A stretch of 64,000 nt of DNA from the human T2T-CHM13v2.0 reference genome, Homo sapiens. Positions 1 through 15,570 of this stretch are shown here, piece by piece (position 1 is the stretch's first letter; every line of letters begins with the position of its first letter). Below the pieces are notes generated by a model, which saw nothing but the letters and a program-made list of their open reading frames with translations, searched no databases and had not been told where the DNA came from. Where the stretch lies: the NCBI RefSeq assembly GCF_009914755.1, contig NC_060928.1. One strand, written 5' to 3'. A program made the translations under genes and the position numbers.

Positions 1-222
1 GTCACTGGTTGTGAAGGAAATCAACACCATGTTTAGAGGGTTGGAATTTTTAGCACTCCCATCCAAACCTCCAAGGATGGGAGAGGGGCTTGAGGTTGAG
101 TTAATCATTAGTGGCCAATGATTTAACAAATCATGCCTATGTAATGAATATCCTAATCCTTCATGAATGTCCTAATCAAAGGAGTTTGGAGATTTTCCAT
201 GTTAGTGAACACATGGAGGGCT
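1..222 (+). mobile_element. MER21-like LTR fragment
   Basis: ttagagggttggaattt...gagaggggcttgaggttgagttaatca...ggccaatgatttaacaaatcatgcctatgtaatg resembles the MER21 consensus as recalled. Confidence 0.7.
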
Positions 223-649
223 GTAAGTCTCAATCTCCAAACTATGCAAACCAAGAACAAATAATTTCACACAAATCCTTTGCCATTGACATTAACCAGA
301 AGACAGGGTACTATATAAACCCAAACTAATATTTTAAGCCCCCCTAACCAACTGAATGGAACCCTCTTCTTTGCCAAGGGCATTCAAAAGTTAAACTGAA
401 AAACTAGTTCAGTCTGTGATGGGAAGGGGGGTTGTACGTGCTTCATTATACACTCCTCCCTTTACAATTCGGGCACAACTGAACAGCATTAACATTAAAA
501 CTGACACCTTAAGAATGACAAAACAGACTCTTTGCAGCAATAAAATACCAAATTCCAACCCGACTCTATTATAACATGACATGACAAATAGCAGGCCCTG
601 AAGGAAAGCAGCATGTTTTACCTCAAAATACATTTCTTTGATGTATTTT

Positions 650-2660
<2,011 letters not shown>

Positions 2661-3479
2661 TGAAAAGGCCCTGCAAAACTGTCTCTTGTGGGAAAAATCT
2701 ACATTCTGTAGAGAATCCCTTTCCCTTTCCAGGTCTTTTCCCTGATTTAGGAGAGATTAACTAAGAGTCTGGCACCTTTTTAAGCCTAATAAGAAACATT
2801 TACAATCTATTCTCTTTGAAGCCTGCTACCTGGAGGCTTCATCTTCATGATAAAAATCTTGCTCTTTACAATCGCTTATCTTAAGCAGACACTCCTTTCT
2901 ATTAATTTCAGGTCTTACATAATAACTTAACTCTTTCAACCAATTGACAATCAGAAAATCTTTGAATCTACTTATGACCTAGAACACCCCTACCCCTTGC
3001 TTCAAGTTGTCCTGCCTTTCTGGACCAGCCAGTGTACATCTTACATGTATTGACTGATATCATGTGCCTCCCTAAAATATATAAAACCAAGCTGTAGCTC
3101 GACCACCTTGGGCACATGTTCTCAAGACTTCCTGGGGCTGTGTCATTGGCAATGGTCCTCAGGTTTGGCTCAGAATAAGTCTCTTCATATATTTTACAGA
3201 ATTTGACTCATTTTGTCAACAACTTCAAACCAAGTTATCTGTAAATAGAAAACAATAATAATGACAACAACAATACCAATTTCAAGCAGAGATGTTTCTC
3301 AAGCTCCCAGATCTCCAGGCTCTGTGGAGAACAAAGTGAATCTGGGGGAAAGAAAACAGCATGGAAGAGATAATGAGAGAACAGAGAGCCTATGAGTGAA
3401 CTAAAATTGTCCCCAGAAAGAGAAAGTTTACCCTAGGAACAAAAATACTATAAATAGTACTGGAAATTCTATAAGAAAG

Positions 3480-4920
3480 TTATTTTTTTAATATCCACCA
3501 GCAATGTTTTGTAGTTTTAAGCATATGCATTTTATACATCTTTTCTTAAATTTATTACCATGTATTTTGTTTTTTTATTTATGATAAATCAAGTACTTTA
3601 AAAAAATTTCTTCCAGGTTATCCATTGCCAGTATATAGAAATATAATTATTATTTGTAAATTGACTTTATATCTTGAGAACTTACTAAATTATTATTTAT
3701 GATGACTTTCATATAGATTCAGGATTTTCTATGTACACAATCATGCATTATGCCAATAAAGACAGTTTTAGTTCCTTCTTTCTGATCTGTATGTCTTTTA
3801 TATTTTTTTCTAATGCACTAGCTATATCTCCAGTACAGTGTTAAAACAGAAAGAACAGACATCTTTGCCTATTCCTTATCTAAGAGCACAGTATTCAATC
3901 ATTTTACCATTGATGACTATAGTAACTGTATGTTTTGTATAGGTCTCCTTTCTCAAATTCCCTTTTCTCCTAGTTTTAAAAATCATAAACAGTATTGAAT
4001 AGCATGTTCATATTTTGAGTCTACATTTATGAGAAACTCAATATTATTAAGATTTTGATTCTCAAAATTGATCTATAGATTCAGTTGATCTATAGACACT
4101 ATTGATCTCCATTCAATCTATAGATTCAATCCAACAAAATCTCAGCATGCTTTTTTTGAAGAAAATAATAAGCTATTAATGTATATGGAAAAGCAAACAA
4201 CCTAGAAGAAACAACAATTTTTTTTAAATGAACAAGTTTAATTAGACTACTTGGTTTACAGATTTGCTGTAAACTACAGTAATTGAGACAGTGTTGTTGG
4301 TGTAAGCACGGCCATGTAGACAAACAGAACACAATCACCAGTACAGAAATAGACCCACACTTATGTGGCCAATTTATTTTAGACAATGGATCCAAGATAA
4401 TTCAATTAGAAAAGGTTAATCTTTTCAATAAATAGTACTGGAACTACCAAATATTCCTATAAAAAATTAACCTTAACTCTTACATTACACCATACACAAA
4501 AATTAAATTGAAATGGAACATAAATGTAAACATATAAGCTAAAACTATAAACCTTCTATAAAAATCATAAGAGAAAATTTTTGCAAACTTTTACAGGAAA
4601 GATTTCTTAAATATAACACAAGAATCACAAACCATGAAAGAAATAAACTGACACAATTAACTTTATCAAAACTTAAAGAAACAATTTTTTTGCTCTCTGA
4701 AAGACACAGTTAAGAAAACAAAGAGACAAACCACAGAATGGGAGAAAATGTTTTGAAAATATATATTTTACAAAGTACTTTATCCAGAAGATATAAACAA
4801 TTCTTATAACTCAATGAGAATACAAAGAACCTTCACAAATGGAGATATTAATAGCTAATAAACTCATGAAAAACTGTTCACAGTTCTGTCTTCATGAAAA
4901 AGAAAACTAAAAAACAATGA
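3480..4920. mobile_element. Ancient L1M ORF2 remnants: minus piece about 3480-4030, plus piece about 4030-4920
   Basis: Degenerate ORF2 motifs, e.g. cagcaatgttttgtagtttt, gaacagacatctttgcctt, aaattgatctatagattca, agaaatagacccacacttatgtggcc. Confidence 0.75.
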
Positions 4921-5156
4921 GACATCTCTACACCATCATCCTCAACAAGGGTGATATCATCCCCAAGGTAGCAAAAATTAGTTCTTAGGTACAGAGGAAA
5001 ATTTTCTATATTGTATAATATACAGATTTTATATGTACGTATAATACATATACACACAGTATAAAACAGATACTATTAAACTACTAATATATGCAAAACA
5101 TCAATGAATCTTAAAAAGCATTAGACTAAGTAGAAGAAAATCGTAATATCCACATA

Positions 5157-7041
5157 CAGGTATACCTCATTTGATTGCACTTTGCTTTATTGTGCTTCAC
5201 AGTATTGTGTTTGCAAATTGAAAGTTTGTGGTAACCTTGTATTGAACAAGGCTATCAGTGCCATGTTCCCATGTTCCCCAAGCGCATAGGCTCACTTCGT
5301 GTCTTTGTCACATTTCAGTAATTCTTGTAATAATAATAAAAAAGTTTGAAATATTGCATCTGTGAACATGATCTGTAATGCTATTATTGTAATTGTTTTG
5401 GGGTACCACAAACTGTGACTGCATAAAATGGCAAAGGTAATAGATAAGTGTTGTGTGTATTCTGACTGCTCTACCATAGCACATAGTAGAGCAGATATTC
5501 TCCCCTCTCCCTCTCCTTGAGGCTTCCTATTATATGAGACAAAACGATATCAAAATTAGGCCAATTAATAACCCTACAATGGCCTCTAAGTGTTTAGGTT
5601 AAAGGAAAAGTTGCACATCTTTCACTTTAAATCAAAAGCTAGAAATAATTAAGCTTAGTGAGGAAGGCATGTCCAATGCCAAGACAGGCCAAACCCTAGG
5701 CCTCTTGAGCCGAGCAGCTAGCCAAGTTGTGAATGCAAAGGAAAAGTTATCAGAGGAAATTTAAAGTGCTGCTCCAGTGAATACATGAATGATAAGAAAG
5801 CAAAATAGCTTTATGGCTGATATGGAGAAAGTCTGAGTCATCTGGATAGAAAATCTAACAAGCCACAACATTCCCTTAAGTTGGAGTCTAATCCAGAGCA
5901 AGGCCCTAACTCTATTCAATTCTATGAAAGCTAAAAGAGGTGAGGAAGCTGCAGGAGAAAAGTGTGAAGCTAGCAGAGGTTGGTTCATGAGATTCAAGGA
6001 AAAAAATTCTCTCCGTGCCATAAAAGTCAAAGTTGAAGCAACAAGTGCTGACACAGAAACTGCCTCAGGTTATCCAGAAGTTCTCACTAAGATGATTGAT
6101 GAAAGTGGCTACACTAAGTAATAGATTTTCAATGTGCATGAAAACACCTTCTATTGGAAGAAGATGCCATTGAGGACTTTCATAGCTAGAGAGAAGAAGA
6201 AAATGCCTGGCTTCAGAACCTCAAAGGTCAGCCTGATAAGGCAGCTGGTGACTTTAAGTTGAAGCCAATGCTCATTGATTATTCCAAAACCCCTAAGTTC
6301 CTTAAGAATTATGCTAAATATACTCTGTCCGTGCTCTATAAATGAAACATCAAAGCTTTGATGACAGCACTTCTGTTTACAGCATGGTGTACTCTATACT
6401 TTCAGCCCACTATGGAGACCTACTGCTCAGCAAAGAAGATTCTTTTCAAAACATTACTTCTCATTTACAATGCACCTGGTCACTCAAGAACTCTGATAGA
6501 GATATACAAATAGATTAATGTAGTTTTCATGCCTGCTAATACAACATACATTCTTTAGTCCATAGATCAATGAGTAATTTTGACTTTCCAGTCTTATTTA
6601 AGAAATACATTTTTTAAGGCTATAAATGGCACAGATAGTGCTTCTTCTGATGGACATGGGCAAAGTAAGCTAAAAACCTTCTGGAAAGGATTCACCATTT
6701 TAGATGCCATGAATATTTGTGATTTATGGGAGGTAGTCAAAATGTTAACATTAACAGCAGTTTGGAAGAAGTTGGTTCAGATCTTCAGGGATGATTTTGA
6801 GAAGTTGAAGACTTCAGTGGAGGAAGTAACTGTGGATCTGATGGAAATAACAAGAGAACTAGAATTAGAAGTGGAACCTGAAGATGTGTCTCAATTGCTG
6901 CAATGTCATAATCAAACTTGAACAGATGAGGAGTTGCTTCTTATGGATAAGCAAAGAGAGTGTTTTTTTGTCTGTTTTTTAGAGGGAATTTACTACAGGT
7001 GAAGATGCTGTGGACATTGTTGAAATGGCAACAAAGGATTT
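5157..7041 (+). mobile_element. Tigger1 (pogo/mariner) DNA transposon, 3'-truncated, decayed transposase
   Basis: TA then CAGGTATACCTC left TIR; ORFs 5924..6121 ([11 protein letters not shown]) and 6580..6921 ([13 protein letters not shown]); no right TIR found. Confidence 0.93.
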
Positions 7042-7044
7042 GTA

Positions 7045-8438
7045 TATAAATGACATGAGTAAAACCACAATAAAGTGATATATTGAAGCCTATTGAATAA
7101 TAAAAGAATATATTGGTTCATACTGAAATAAACAAATAGAAGAAAGCTCTTCCTTATATTGGATTGCCAACTAACAAATACAAAAGAAATAATAGAATTT
7201 AAAAATTACCACTTGGCAATCATTATCATCATCACTGACTCAGGTGGGAAACATCAATTAAGGCTAAAACTGGTGGGTGCAGGTTTGCTGACCATGTGAG
7301 TTTCCTAGGGCTGCTATAACGTATCATCATAAATGTGGTGGCTTAAAACAATAGAAATTTATTTTCTCACAGTTCCAGAGGCCAGAAATCTGAAATCAAG
7401 GGGTAGGAAGGACCAAGTTGCCTTGAAAGATCTCCGAGAAAATTCTTCCTTGCTTCTTCCAGCTTGTGGTGGCTCCAGGAACACCTTCGCTTAAGGCAGC
7501 ATAACTCCAACCTTTGCCTTTGTCTTCACATAACCTTCTTTGTTGCTATGTCTGAATTTTCCTCTGCCTTTCTCTTACAAGGATATCTTTCACTGGATTT
7601 AGGGCTCACCCTAAATTTCGGGTGATATCATTTTCAGATCCCTAATTATGTTTGCAAAGACCCTTTTTCCAAGTAAGGTCACATACATAGATTCCAGGTG
7701 GACAAATCTTTGGAGGAGTCACAAACCAATGCACAACAGTGAAAATAGGATATTTACAGAGTATCTCCCACAATATACTTATTAAGTGCCAAGGGAAAAG
7801 TAGATACTCCATAATGGAGAGACCTGGCAAATCAAGGTCAATGTCATCAATAGTAGTACAAATCTATATTGCATCCCTCCATGCGTGATGCACTATGAAG
7901 AGTACCGTGTCACTTCTACCACATTTCTGCCAAAAATGCATAATGTGAATCTAATTCTGAGAAAACCTGCACAAATCCAAATGGAGTGGCATTCTGATAC
8001 TTCCAGAAACCTCAAAGTTATGAAAGACAGGAAGAGAGGATGGAGAGGCTTGGCTAGTTAAAAATTGTACTAGAAAAACATTTCTTCAGCTCTAAAAGAC
8101 ATTGCCAGGAGGTAATAATATTTGAGTAAGGTCTTTGGGTAGAGACAGCATTTTATCAGTGATAATTTCCTGATTTTGATTATCGTGTTGTGTAGGAGAA
8201 TGTGTTTATTTTATGGGGAGTACACACTAAAGTATTTATGGGCACAGGGACATTATTTCAATAACTTACTCCTAGAGAGTTTAGAAAATACTATGTATAT
8301 ACAGAAAGAAAATATAGTAAATATGGCAAAGTGTGAATATTTGGGGATTCTGAAAAGTATGTGGCAGTTCTTTGTATAACTGCTGTAACTTTTCTCTAGT
8401 TCTGAAATTATTTCAAAATAAAAAGTAAAAAAAAAAAA
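7045..8438 (+). mobile_element. Old L1MC/ME-type 3' region, interrupted by MLT1
   Basis: L1M 3'UTR-like motifs ending gaaattatttcaaaataaaaagt followed by poly-A at about 8427-8438. Confidence 0.65.
7295..7735 (-). mobile_element. MLT1 (C/D-like) MaLR LTR
   Basis: gtttcctagggctgctataac...ggtggcttaaaacaatagaaatttattttctcacagttccagaggccagaaatctgaaatcaagg. Confidence 0.88.
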
Positions 8439-8469
8439 GACTTTTGAAGAAAATATCTACTTACCCCAG

Positions 8470-10890
8470 AGGAGTCTGGTCCCCAAAATTCATTGTGGCT
8501 GGAACACTGATGTGATATATGTTTTAATGCATATAAGCTGGTCCCTGGCAACTAAGCCAGTGACCTGACTGGTTTTCTGAAGCAGCAATGAATATTTAGA
8601 GGATTGTATGATTGTTCTTCCTTATCAGTCTTTGAATGGGCTTATGGAAAATAAGACAACTTCTGGATTGTTTATAATTTAATGTGAATTATTTGACTGA
8701 GTTTTCTACTTAGGGTTTCATCTAACGTGGATTTTTTTGTAAAACCCATGGGATTGGCTGTTTTTCCTCATTCTAGGGTCACCAGGACTTTTTCAGTATC
8801 ATGTCTGTCACAAACCTTTCAAGTACAATTGGATCTTCATGATTTTAAGGCCCAAGAGGCACAGCAGCTCACACCACAGCATGTACCTGCTGCAAAACTA
8901 TCTCCTGCTCTGGGCCTTACTCAAACTTAATAGCTCTAGCAAATACACCAGTAAATCCGTTACAAAATATTGTTCACATAAGCCAAATAAGCCTATCAAG
9001 TGCAGTACTTCTTTGTTGTTGAGGATGTACAAATTAATGGAACTCTCTTTCCCTTTGGAAGGAATAGCTATTCTGGCCGTAGACCATTGTTCTCCTAGAA
9101 ACTTTATTCAGGTGGCAATTTACTATTTTGGGGTGTGTGAGAATTATCTCCTATCCTCTAGTACTCATGTGTCTTATCAAGGCATCTCATGAATTAGCTA
9201 ATTTCTGCTTACCAGGTCTGATTAATATGATTTCATTGATTTAGTAGGGCAGTGTAATGACAAGATGGGCAAGGTCTGCAAGATAGATTATGACAGAGTT
9301 AAAGAAAAGATATAGTTTCACATAGCGCTGAGAGAAAATATATACTACTATCTCTGCACACTGAAAACAAAAAACTGGTTTTTTGACTAGTTTGATAATT
9401 TGCATGGAGAAAACATATTTGTCAGACTAAGAGCTGCACACCAGATTCTAGGGTCTTCTATACTATGGGATTTAAATTTGCAGTAAGTCCCTGTCATTTT
9501 CCAAGACTTATCTGTCTTCTTAAATAGGCAATTTAACAGGGATGTAAGAGGAATCAACAACTCTGTGTCTTTGAAGTCTTTGATGATGGCACTAATCTCT
9601 GTAATGCCCCAGTGATATAGTAATTGCTTTTGGTTTACTATCTTTGGGGAGGAGAAAATTACAGGGTCTTTAACTTGGCCCTTCGTATTCTTATAGTATT
9701 AACTCTATGGTGCTGTGAACCAAAGTGGGGTTTCTTCTAATTGCTGAGTATGGATATTCCAACTTATATTAATATTTAGTCACTAAAGGAAGAAAAGAGC
9801 ATAGCATGTTTGCAGACCTACTGGGTCTACTGTGAGACAGACTCAGGCTAATGTTCTATTATTATCTGACCTCCGTAAGTCTCCGCTATAACTTGTGGCC
9901 CAGAATTAACTTGGGAACCTGCACATTAACAATGACCACAAATCCTGGAAGACCTGGTTATTTTTCCCCCCAGATAATTATAACTTTAATAATTAGCTGC
10001 AGTTTCCTTTATTAAAACATCTATGGAAATATTTGAGGCAGTGATGCATGATGCTTTCTCAAGTAGATCCAGCTTCCCATTTATTAAAGAGATTTTATGT
10101 CTATGAACTGGTTCAGGTCTAAAAATTGGGTGAGAGACTATAGTTTTCCATTGTAGTGACTTGAGACAGATGTCCAATCTTTATTCCTAAAGTATAACTT
10201 TAGTAGAAAGTACACCTACTTCAATTCTTGAGTCAATGGCATTTTGTAATAATCTCTGTGTGTCAGACGTTCTTACTACCTTATTCAACCTACCTCCCAT
10301 TAGAATAAGCACACCCATCTTTGTCTGGCAGTTAAGTGTCTGTCTGTCCAGGATTCCATAATAGCTATTGTAATCAAGGAACCTCTTTCAATGACACCAT
10401 CTCCAGCTATTATATATCTACTGATTTCAGAATATAACCATACCCAAGGATGCTGGCATTTCACTGACCAATGCATTTCCCAGTGCTTTGGTAAAATAGA
10501 AAGTTCTCTGGGCCCTCCTAGTGATACAATGAAGAGGTAGATTCCCTCCTCAATATTATAACAAAAGTGTTAAAGAATATAATTTTATTTAATGTAGATT
10601 AATGTTGAATTTAATGAACCAAGAAAACAGATTTATTCCAGTTGCATAAAACAGTATATTAAATTCTGAACCTTTGGGGGAAAACAACATATGTAAGTAT
10701 AGACGTTGAGCTGAGAATTTAGAACCCCGAGCTTGTCATTCTTATTATTATTTGGGGATTTTTCCGATGAGGTCAGAAGCCAACCCACCTGAGTCCCCTT
10801 CATCATCACTTTTCTACTAAAGTCCCCATTTAGTAGCTGCTGAGTTGTTCATTCTAAACCTTGCCTTTAATGGACATTTCATTCTATTAA
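8470..10890 (-). mobile_element. Ancient ERVL (class III) internal gag-pol fossil
   Basis: Hand translation of minus-strand fragments gives KTDKSWKMT, WCAALSLTNMFFS, DALIRHMSTRG*EI, KFLGEQW, GPEQEIVLQQVHAVV*AAVPLGP...DPIVLE, colinear with ERVL RT and connection domains. Confidence 0.8.
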
Positions 10891-11437
10891 AAAACCTGTG
10901 ATAATTTAAGTAACTTTTTTGCCACTGCATGTTAGAGATTACAAATACCACATTTTTCACTGCAAGCCATTTATGTACCTTATACAATATCAGTCAACAG
11001 TCTCTTAAAGGAGAGTTTCAACAGCAGAAAGACATTTAAGTCAGAGAATATATGCTCACAAAAGCATTAGAAATATTGGAGGATCAAAGATCAGGGAAAG
11101 CTGCTGCTGGCTGTAGGTTTTAGAAATCTCTATCAAGTTTTAGAAAAAAATCAGGAAGGTGTGGAACCAGTGTCTTCACTGCAGCACTGACAGTCATGAT
11201 TTGCAAAGCACCCGGAGGCTAGTGAAACACTTTCTATCTGCTGAAGCTCATAGAGCTGACTGTCACTGCTGGAGGAGCAAAGTAGAGCTTTCTGCCTGTC
11301 TTTCACCTTCCAAATCTCATAACTGCTTTTTGCTGTTGCACCTAACCCAGAACTAAAGAAGTTACTTGTTTCCAGCCCTGCGATACAGGAATATTAGAGA
11401 AAAGCTGAGACTGTGCCAATCTATCACTAGACAAACT

Positions 11438-11650
11438 GGCATAGTGGTTAAGAGAATGGGCTTTGAAGCTCCGGAGCCAGATCACCTGGGTTCAGAGCCA
11501 GGTTCCTCCACCTACTATTTCTATGACCTTGGCAGGGTACCCAATTTCTTTGTGCCTCAGTTGTGACAGTTTTGAACTGTAGCTAATCTCCCTACCTCAA
11601 AGATTTTTAAGAGTTAGTTCAATATACTATATGATAATGCCTGACATATG
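11438..11650 (+). mobile_element. MIR SINE
   Basis: gcatagtggttaagagaatgggctttg...ctgggttc...tgaccttggcagg...tttgtgcctcagtt. Confidence 0.8.
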
Positions 11651-11654
11651 TATT

Positions 11655-11990
11655 TCTTTGCAGGAACATGGGTAAAGCTGGAAACCATCATTATCAGCAA
11701 ACTAACACAGGAACAGAAAACCAAACACCTCATGTTCTCACTCATAAGTAGGAGTTGAACAATGAGAACACATGGACAGAAGGAGGGAAACATCACACAC
11801 TGGGGCCTGTTGCGGGGTGGGAGGCAAGGGGAGGGAGAGCATTAGGACAAATAACCTAATGCATGCAGAGCTTAACACCTAGATAATGGGTTGATAGGTG
11901 CAGCGACCACCATGGCACATGTATACCTATGTAACAAACCTACATGTTCTGCACATGTATCCCAGAACTTAAAGTAAAATAATAAATACA
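11655..11990 (+). mobile_element. 5'-truncated L1PA (about PA7-10) 3' end
   Basis: tttgcaggaacatgg...ctggaaaccatcatt...catgtatcccagaacttaaagtaaaataataaa. Confidence 0.9.
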
Positions 11991-12540
11991 TAAGGACAGA
12001 AAGAAAGAAATTATTACTAAAATATATGAATGTAGAAAATGGTTTTGCAAAAATGCAAATAAAGTGATTAGGCATTGCATAATCTGTTTGGAACTCTTTG
12101 GTACTCAATTTTTTTTTTTTATTTGAGGTATTTCTTTCCACGGGAACCATAACTATTTAACTATTTTAGGTTTACATTATGTTTGAGGCTAAATATACTA
12201 GCAGCTAGCTTATGTTTAATCAGCATTGCTTTTACATAAAGGACACTCATCTGAAAGCTCAAGGTAGTATACTTAAGTCATTATATTTTACTTTTTCATG
12301 AAGGCCAAGGAAAAATGCCACAGGTCTTTTTACTCTTCTTGGTAGGATCATAATTTTGTTAAATGTCCATAAATAATTAAGATGCCTCTAAAGGTTTGCT
12401 CCATAACTATAAAGTAATAAAACAAAATCTTCCAATTTGAATTTCTCTGGAAGCATTGATTGCAACTTAATCAATTAAACTTTTCACAAATTGACTTTAT
12501 AATTTCATAATGTTTTAAATTCATTCAAGACTAGGTATAC

Positions 12541-13050
12541 TGTAATAGATTGTAAAAAAAAAAAAAGAAGTCGTGAGTCTTCATTCTTTCCCGTATCTAT
12601 GTCCTTTCCAATGTGAAATTGTAGCTTCTTGCATAAAGACGTGAAATCTTCCCGATCCCTTTAATATGGGCTGCACATGTGACTTTTTTTCCCCAACAAA
12701 AAGTAATGGTACTCCAGGTTGAGGCTTTGTGATTCTTTCTTGCTCCTCTGCCTTTATCATGAGAAGATGCTCAAGCTGGCCTGTTAGAGGATGAGACTTG
12801 TGGAACCATATGGAGCAGAGCTGATTCAGCCCAGTTGTCTCAGTTAAAGCCCCAGATGTGTGAGAGAGGCCAGTTGAAATTAGCAAAGCCAGCCTACAGC
12901 TGACCAATGATACACAGATGAGCCAAACCAAGCCCACTTCATATTAGTTGAATTTCTAGGAGACTTTTGAGAAAACAAAACAAAAAACACTGTACGTCTT
13001 GAAGGTTGTGTAGTTGGTTGTAATTATTGCAGCAACAGGTAACTGTACAT
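12541..13050 (+). mobile_element. MLT1 (G/H-like) MaLR LTR
   Basis: tgtaatagattg start; gggctgcacatgtgact, catgagaagatgctcaagctggcctg; ends gcagcaacaggtaactgtaca. Confidence 0.7.
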
Positions 13051-14156
13051 ACACAGTGACATGATTACAAACTGAGCAGTAAGTATATTTAAATTCAAAA
13101 AGTATTTTTGTTTAGCAATGTTAGAATAGTAGCAGTTTCATCTTTTTGATGCTCTTTCTAAATATACAATATAATGCTTTCAAAAACATTAATTTAGGGA
13201 AAATTTAGAGCATCTGCATTCATAACCAAAAGTATGTTTATATTTGTTATTCTACCAAGGGTCTATAAAACAAGTCTAAAGAATTTATTCATTGGCAAAA
13301 TGAATTTTGCATGGCAAAATTTTATGGCAAAACATACAAATCAGAAGCAATTATTCATTCCTTGCATTTTGCATTCTACACTAACTTGCTGCCTACGTTG
13401 AAGCAAACAAGGTAATTTGAATAAATAAATGGTTTCTCTTTAATCATGTTGTGCAGCAGGGAAGTCAGCTTCTAAAGAAATGGTTTTGAAGTGATTAAGA
13501 AGAAAAAGCTTTATAAGTATTTTAAGGCTATTGAGTTACTCTGAGGATAAGTAGGATAAATTTATGAGTGGAAAGCAGAGCAAGGTTTCAAGCATTCAGC
13601 AGGCAAGGTTTCAAAACATAATATTAGTTGGCATAAATAAAAATAAAAGTTCTTTTCAGTATTGCTTGAGAAAGGCAAAAGTGGTTATTTTCAGTCAGCC
13701 CACTTTAATTCAGTACCTGGTGAAGTTTTCCAGCTGGGGCATATGGCGCATAGAAATGACTTATCAAAAGAGGGCCTTCAAGATAGTTCAAGAAAAGTTA
13801 ATCTTTTACCTATAATGTGTTAGCCATTCTGCTAGGTACTGAGAACAGAGCTGGCCAAAGACAATGATTTTAAATCTGTGTGAAATGCAGAATAATAGTA
13901 TATGCAAGACATGAGAAACAAAATTTGTCTATGTGGCTAGAGAATGATTCACAGAGGAGAAAACCAATGACTGGGTCTCGATTTACGTTTATAGTTTACC
14001 ATTTAGGAAAAAAGGATGACAGTAATAAAAAGGAACAGTATAAACAAAGGCATAGGGATGTGAATGAGTGAGTCACAATGGAAAATTCCACCCACCAGGA
14101 ACATGGATAACCCAGGACAGAAGAGGATGGAGGTAAAATATGATAGTACTGATGGT

Positions 14157-14660
14157 ATATTAGTTATTTATTACTGCAAATGAATTAGTGCAAAACTTAC
14201 TTGCTTAAAAACAACAATATTAATCTCACAGTTTCTGTGGGTCAGGAGCTCAGCATGGCTCACCTGGGCCCTCTGGCTCAGGATCTCTCAGGCTGCCATC
14301 AAGGCTGCTGTCAGCCTCATCTGGAGGGACAGTGCAGGGAGGATCCACTTCCATGCTCACTGGTCATCAGCAGGATCCAGTTTTTGTTGGCTATTGGCCT
14401 GAGGCCACCCTCAGTTCCCTGCCACCCTCCGTAGGCAGTTCTCAACTTCTCAGCTTGTAAGCAAGCATGGAGAGCCAGAGAGAGTGTGAGCAAGATGGAT
14501 GTCAATCTTTTGTTACCTAATCTCAGACGTGACTTCTGTCACTTTTGCCATATTATATCCATTAAAAGCAAGTTACTAGATCCAACCCACTCTTAAGGAA
14601 GTGGGAAGGAATATAAAGCAAGGACATAGATAGTAGGAGGGAGGGATCATTGGGAGCCTT
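14157..14660 (-). mobile_element. MLT1 MaLR LTR
   Basis: tattagttatttattactgc...gcttaaaaacaac...tctcacagtttctgtgggtcaggag...cacttttgccatatt. Confidence 0.8.
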
Positions 14661-15169
14661 TTAGAAGCAGTCCCCAAAAGATGGTAAAAGTAATTCCATC
14701 CATCATGAGTGACAGTACTAGGAAAAGAGGTCGGTGATAAGGATACATGAAATTGATGAGACAGACAGTTGGTAAATGATAGGGAACATTTTAGTGTTCT
14801 ACTGAAATGACTAGAGAGCCTGCATAGGTAGGATACATTGATCCCTGTGAGTAGGGCTAAACAATGCTAACAATGATCACCTGAGACATCTAGGAAAAGA
14901 AGAGCTTTGAATGCCCACGTGGTGGAGACTTGTTTCTTACTTCTTCTACACAGGCAAGATGCTGCTGGAGGGATGCTTGCAGCCTAACCTGACTGCCAAA
15001 TATGAAAAGAGAAAAGAGGAGGTGAAGGACAGAGCACAATATCAATGCATCCAAGTTGTCCAGTGGCCAGAGACAGAAATCTGAAATAAAACAACCAGCA
15101 CTGGTTGCTCAGAGAAAAAAAAAAAAACAAAGCTTATGACAAAGGCAATTTTCACAAAAATAATATCAA

Positions 15170-15570
15170 GAATATTTTAAAAGATAATTTAGAGGATTAA
15201 AAAACTTCATTAAAAATTATTTTTGAATGAAATAATTCCATGGGCAAGTGGAAAGAAATGACATTAACATTGAGAACTGAATCAGAAACTGAAATATCAA
15301 GTTAAAGAATCAGGTCTCTGAAAAAAATCAGAGACCAAAAGGAATGCGATGGAAATAATGAATGCAAATATGTAAATAATCTTAATTCTTAAAGAAGAAA
15401 AACGTATCAAGAAATTACAGGCAATCACTAAATATATGAGAGAAATAAGCTCTTGGTCTCAAAAAGACTTTCTTCTCCAAAAGATTGAAAGGAAAATGAA
15501 ATTCCATTATTAATGTTTTAAAAGAAACTCCTGATCATATGTTAGTATAATTACTGAATTCTGAGAATAA
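15170..15570 (+). mobile_element. Very old L1/HAL1 ORF1-like remnant
   Basis: A-rich degenerate ORF1-like stretch (ttctccaaaagattgaaagg, tagtataattactgaattc). Confidence 0.4.

Noticed and set aside
4930-5080. Possible hAT/Charlie-type fragment
   Set aside because: Only a vague terminal motif; not enough to call.
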